A stretch of DNA of 42,668 nucleotides. It comes from Octopus bimaculoides (taxonomy: Eukaryota). The DNA lies in NCBI RefSeq assembly GCF_001194135.2, contig NC_068983.1, positions 55,433,867 to 55,476,534 on the forward strand. The letters are read 5' to 3'. Each line of letters begins with the position of its first letter. Positions within the stretch are counted from its first letter, which is position 1. The notes beneath the pieces are model-generated. The model did no database searches, had not been told where the DNA came from, and saw only the letters and a program-made list of their open reading frames with translations. The position numbers and the translations under genes were made by a program. Below are positions 37,401-42,668 of the stretch, in pieces.

Positions 37401-37726
37401 GTGCGCTTTCATACTTTCGGACTCGGTGAGATATATCCCAGATGAGCACTGGAGGGGGGGGGTAGTGTAATCGCCTTCCTACCCCTCGAAATTGTTGGCT
37501 TTTTATCAAAATTTGAAACCAATGCGCGCGTGTGTGCTTGAATGTATGTGCGTGTCTGTGTACTTATGTATGTATGTATATATGTATGTATGATTTTTTT
37601 TTGTCTTTGTTTATATACGTACATACGTATTTATGTGTCCATAAATATTCATACTCATGTATGTATAATTGTGCGCCTATGTGTATAGCTGGCAGAAACG
37701 TGTATAATTGTGCGCCTATCTGTATA

Positions 37727-38133
37727 GGCGGCGAGCTGGCAGAAAGGTTAGGACGCCGGGCGAAATGCTTAGCGGTATTTCGTCTGCCGTTACGTTCTGA
37801 GTTCAAATTCCGCCGAGGTCGACTTTGCCTTTCATCCTTTCGCGGTCAATAAATTAAGTACTAGTTACGCACTGGGATCAATGTAATCGACTTAACACCT
37901 TTGTCTGTCCTTGTTTGTCCCCTCTATGTTTAGCCTCTTGTGGGCAGTAAAGAAATAAGAAACGTTAGCACGCCGGGCGAAATGCTTAGTGGTATTTCAT
38001 CTGCCGCTACGTTCTGAGTTCAAATTCCGCCGAGGTTGACTTAACCTTTCATCCTTCCGTGAACGATAAATTGCGAATTAATCGCCTACCCCATTTCCCG
38101 AAATCTTCGGGCCTTGAGCCTAGAGTAGAAAAG
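37727..38133 (+). mobile_element. Dimeric SINE B variant
   Basis: Same linker and junction as the 13868-14193 copy. Confidence 0.85.
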
Positions 38134-38156
38134 GTTAGTCATAAACTATTTCGAAC

Positions 38157-38192
<36 letters not shown>

Positions 38193-38749
38193 NNNNNNNN
38201 NNNNNNNNNNNNNNNNNNNNNNNNNNNNNNNNNNNNNNNNNNNNNNNNNNNNNNNNNNNNNNNNNNNNNNNNNNNNNNNNNNNNNNNNNNNNNNNNNNNN
38301 NNNNNNNNNNNNNNNNNNNNNNNNNNNNNNNNNNNNNNNNNNNNNNNNNNNNNNNNNNNNNNNNNNNNNNNNNNNNNNNNNNNNNNNNNNNNNNNNNNNN
38401 NNNNNNNNNNNNNNNNNNNNNNNNNNNNNNNNNNNNNNNNNNNNNNNNNNNNNNNNNNNNNNNNNNNNNNNNNNNNNNNNNNNNNNNNNNNNNNNNNNNN
38501 NNNNNNNNNNNNNNNNNNNNNNNNNNNNNNNNNNNNNNNNNNNNNNNNNNNNNNNNNNNNNNNNNNNNNNNNNNNNNNNNNNNNNNNNNNNNNNNNNNNN
38601 NNNNNNNNNNNNNNNNNNNNNNNNNNNNNNNNNNNNNNNNNNNNNNNNNNNNNNNNNNNNNNNNNNNNNNNNNNNNNNNNNNNNNNNNNNNNNNNNNNNN
38701 NNNNNNNNNNNNNNATATATGCGTGTGTGTATATGTATATATATATATG

Positions 38750-38811
<62 letters not shown>

Positions 38812-38855
38812 AAGGGCTTCTTGCACTATCCGTTTACCACAAGGCTTTGATACGT

Positions 38856-39323
38856 GATTGCTGGACACCCTGCGGGACGAAAAGTAAGACCCGTCAAAGG
38901 GCGGAAGAACTACTATACTGTGTAGTCAACGGCCAATTCAACAAGTACCTTGTCGCGGTGATGTGCCTGTGTGCTCCTGGGGAGCTATGCTGGAGGGAGA
39001 GAAATCTTCAGGCAGGTCTTACCGGGCCAGACAGGTCGAAGGGTAGGCGACAGACAAAACCTTAAGAACAATGAATCAAAGCGTAGGCAGCAGGGCATGG
39101 ATTTAGTTATTGGCAGGACCTAACAGATCAGATTCCTGGTTTTGAAATATCAAGATGTCATGCAGATGATCTTGAATACAAGACAATGGATGAGACCCTA
39201 ATATTCCTAGTTAGATGGAAACTGCGGGACCACGTGGAGCAGCGCCCTGTGACTCCTGTAGTATGTGCAACCGAAACCCCTATGAGGCGTCCTATGGGAC
39301 GACCTAGATCAGATCAGAGATTA
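38856..39323 (+). mobile_element. Short non-autonomous RTE derivative (5' UTR-like part plus RTE 3' tail)
   Basis: 39286-39323 (GGCGTCCTATGGGACGACCTAGATCAGATCAGAG) closely matches the reverse complement of 9721-9757. The upstream GGGCCAGACAGGTCGAAGGGTAGGCGACAGAC resembles RTE 5' UTRs, and there is no RT ORF. Confidence 0.55.
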
Positions 39324-40679
39324 TAGCGCCAAACTCGACCCAGCCATTTCCATCTCCTTGCTTCAATAGTTTCTCTTATTAACTTCACTCTGGTGCCGGG
39401 TCAATCACTATAACAATAACCATTGCAACCTATTCAACATAACCATGGGATCACAAGCTCCATATACATTTCCCTAACATCAAAGGAGTCCTATACAGGG
39501 ACGATGACTTACTAGTTACCAAAAGCATTAATAAATCCTCCTTAGAAAGAACTAGAAAGGATCTACATAAATTCTTCTCTAATCTAAACCTATCTATTCG
39601 ATAACGCTCACAAAACTTCTAATTTTCTTGACGTAACTCTAAACTTATCAACCTCCCAATACTCCCCTTACTACAAACCTAACCAATATCTTAAATACTT
39701 TAACATCCACTCCAGTCACCACAAATCCATTTTCGATAACATATTCAAGGGCATCTCAACCCGCATATCCGACCTCTCTTCCATTGAGGAAATTTTCAAT
39801 TATCACGCACCATATCACAATCAAGCACTCGCCGCTAGCGGCTTTTCCCAACAAATAGAATACATCCATAACACCCGGCTCAAACAATATATGTCTCAAA
39901 TCACATCTCAAACGCGCACCAACCATCACAATCGCAACCAACTACACACACTCGTCGATGGAACCCTGGAAGGTCTTACACCTAGGCAACCTAGACCCAA
40001 ACACATACATTTAACGCTAGGTCAAAAACGAAAACAACTAAAACAGCTAAAAACAACAGGCCTCGCCACCCACATCTATTCTCCAAAAATATAGATAGCA
40101 CTCCTTTATCTGAAAACCTAGATAGCACTACCCCCAGACACCCTAAAAAAATCGGCGGACGCTCTATTCTGTGAGACACACCCCCATTCTCGCTTAACGC
40201 TAAAAACTTAAGTAAATCCCTCTTTAAAATACTAGACTTTAACTTCCCTCGGCAACATAAATATCATGCTATCTTTAATAGATCCACCCTGAAACTATCT
40301 TATTCTGCCCCCACCCAACTTCGAATCTATTGTAGCAGCCTCTAATAAGCAAAGGCTTTCTCTTTACTATCAAAACTCACATAATTACAACTCTAGTCAT
40401 ACGAACGCTCAACGTACACACAGCTCCAGCACAGATATCCTTACATTAGACCACAACCACAACCCAACCCATCCTACTGACACTTCCCGGAACACCACCA
40501 CAATCTCTACCACTCTTAAAAATAGTACAATTAATAACAACAATACTAATAATAACAATAATGGTAATGATAACGTTAATAATACTAATAATCTAGAATT
40601 TTCTACCCCCTTTTCTAACCTCTCCTCTGACAATATTACCTCCTCCATTCCTGAACTCAATCCACAAAATTCACCTAAT

Positions 40680-41318
40680 TGTAACTGCTGTCCTGAAACC
40701 ATCTGCCCGTTACAAATCCATTGCGGAAGTTATAATGTAATTTATAAATGCACAGTCCTTAATCTATTACACAACTCAACAGCCATATACATGGGATCAA
40801 CCAAAAGTTTTAAGCAACGATATGTCATTCACTTCCATTCTTTTAGATACGATAAACATAGTAAATCTACAGCACTCGTCAACCACATACATCATCTCAA
40901 AAATACAAATATACCCTATACTCTGCCATGGTCCATACTGGATTCAATACTTCCCTACCAAGGTCAACGCTCAGCCTGCAAGCTTTGCCTGAAGGAGGCA
41001 CTTCACATATTAAAGCACAACTCTCCAACACTGCTAAATAAACATAATGAGGGNNNNNNNNNNNNNNNNNNNNNNNNNNNNNNNNNNNNNNNNNNNNNNN
41101 NNNNNNNNNNNNNNNNNNNNNNNNNNNNNNNNNNNNNNNNNNNNNNNNNNNNNNNNNNNNNNNNNNNNNNNNNNNNNNNNGCCTGCAAGCTTTGCCTGAA
41201 GGAGGCACTTCACATATTAAAGCACAACTCTCCAACACTGCTAAATAAACATAATGAGGGACTAAGCACATGCAACCACCGGTTTTTTTCACACATTCAA
41301 ATTCTACCACAAATCTAA
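40680..41318 (+). pseudogene. GIY-YIG endonuclease domain of the Penelope-like element
   Basis: Open frame from TGT at 40680 through ATG 40791 to the stop at 41318, interrupted only by an assembly gap with duplicated flanks. It has a VIY...YMG bipartite motif and flanking Cys/His motifs. Confidence 0.8.
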
Positions 41319-42376
41319 ATGCCTAAATGACCATACAGTATATTTCCACTTACATACCCCTTAGGTAATCCCAATAACCTTATAAATCTACATTTTTACT
41401 CCTAATCCCTATCCAATTCCTCACTCATACTCGAATATCACAACCATTTAATTGTATTCGTATATGTATGCGTGTGTATGTGTGTATGTGTGTGAGTGTA
41501 TGTGTATGTGTGTGTGTGTATGTATGTATACAAGGTATATATACCTACGTGTGCAGGGGCGATAATACATACGTATGTACATGTACATATACATATGAGT
41601 ACGTGTTGTATGTGTAGGTGTTGATATGTATAAATATCTATATACATGTTTAATATATGCACGTATATACACGTTCACATATATATTCTCCAACTACTAA
41701 GCACTGACCTGTCCTCTAACCAACCTAACCTATATTCCCAAATTCTTCATTCCACCATTTTACTACTCCTACACCCCTTTCTCTGTCCCTCACTTAGGCT
41801 CTATCACTATATACCTGACACTCCTTTACTCTTCACACTCTCATACCTTTTTCTCTCTATCACCCATTACCTCCATTCCTTCTATCTGACACTCCTTTTC
41901 TCTTTACCCTATCATCTTTTTATACTCTCATATTTTTCTCTCTCTATCACTTTCACCCCACATTCCTTCTATCAATTTATCTTGACCACTAACCAGTACA
42001 CTTCCCCTCTCTTCATCCCTTTATTATCTCTCTGCCCGCTTTTCTTTTTTCTTATTTATTTTTTTTTCTTATCTTTGCTCCTCTTTTCCTGTTTTGATTT
42101 GACCTTACAATTACATTCCCTACTTTTAGGTCACTTTAAATAAAACCCACGATTCAATAACACCGTGTACAAACTCTATGCTTAGAATGACCAATTGTAA
42201 ATACTATTGGAACTTACTCACAAGATACTGGAATCTTATATGTATACCATTCTGCCTAAATAACGGATCTACAGATGCAATATCCTCGCATATTTCACGT
42301 CAATTTTCATTCCTCCACTTCACTCTCTATTTCATATCTTCTCGAGAATAATTATTGCTTAACCATCTTCTCACAC

Positions 42377-42426
42377 GGTCTCCGATGAAGGGATATATAT
42401 AATATCCCGGAAACAGCTGTAAGACC
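42377..42426 (+). ncRNA. Minimal type I hammerhead ribozyme at the Penelope 3' end
   Basis: Stem I GGTCT/AGACC, core CCGATGA (U4C variant), stem II GGGATAT/ATATCCC, then GAAA. Stem III is the palindrome ACAGCTGT, and the cleavage triplet is GUA (after 42421). Confidence 0.75.
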
Positions 42427-42668
42427 TTCTATTTATAAATGTCCTAAAATCTTTCACAGCCTTGGATTTTTATCTCATCCTGAATATATATATATATATA
42501 TATGTATATATAATAATATTAGGGACAAAATCCAAAATTACAGGTAAAAAACTCAATTAAAATCAATTTATAAAAAATTAAAATTAAATTGAGCCTTATA
42601 GATAAAGTATATATAAAATATATAGTTTTAGGGAAAATAACCAATTTTCAAGAACTCATCGATGAAAA

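Larger units (their letters stand above)
39375..42480 (+). mobile_element. Decayed, 5'-truncated Penelope-like element (RT C-terminal half, GIY-YIG endonuclease, 3' region with hammerhead)
   Basis: RT motifs LFNITMGS, VLYRDD, NFLDVTLNL, YKPN..YFNIHSSH and ALAASGF (about 39430-39865). From 40680: CNC..CPL..C..VIY...YMGST..FKQRY..H..SF...W.IL...CKLCLKE...LLNKHNE...C.H. Confidence 0.88.

Noticed and set aside
40974-41260. 80-bp direct duplication in the GIY-YIG ORF (40974-41053 and 41181-41260)
   Set aside because: The identical copies flank an N gap exactly, which is typical of an unmerged contig overlap.

Overview
AT-rich, microsatellite-dense eukaryotic genomic DNA with several N gaps. The repeat style suggests an Octopus draft assembly (inference). 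One host gene is well supported: a minus-strand, 5'-incomplete gene with three phase-compatible GT-AG exons (23267-23081, 21067-20856, 19177-18965). They encode 203 aa with the 6+4+6 cysteine layout of Argos/Giant-lens, followed by a probable 1.6 kb 3' UTR. Most of the rest is mobile DNA: four tRNA-headed SINE families (here called A-D), an R4/Dong-type LINE fragment, RTE pieces, a decayed Penelope-like element, and Tc1/Tigger/hAT/Helitron remnants. The most unusual signals are three. (i) A tRNA-headed SINE (family D) carries a minimal type I hammerhead ribozyme. (ii) Two further hammerhead motifs occur, one intact at the Penelope 3' end. (iii) An L1/Tx1-type ORF1 cassette without ORF2 is framed by the 5' head and 3' tail of SINE A inside an intron of the Argos-like gene. 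No database searches were run, family names come from motif recognition, and repeat boundaries are approximate.
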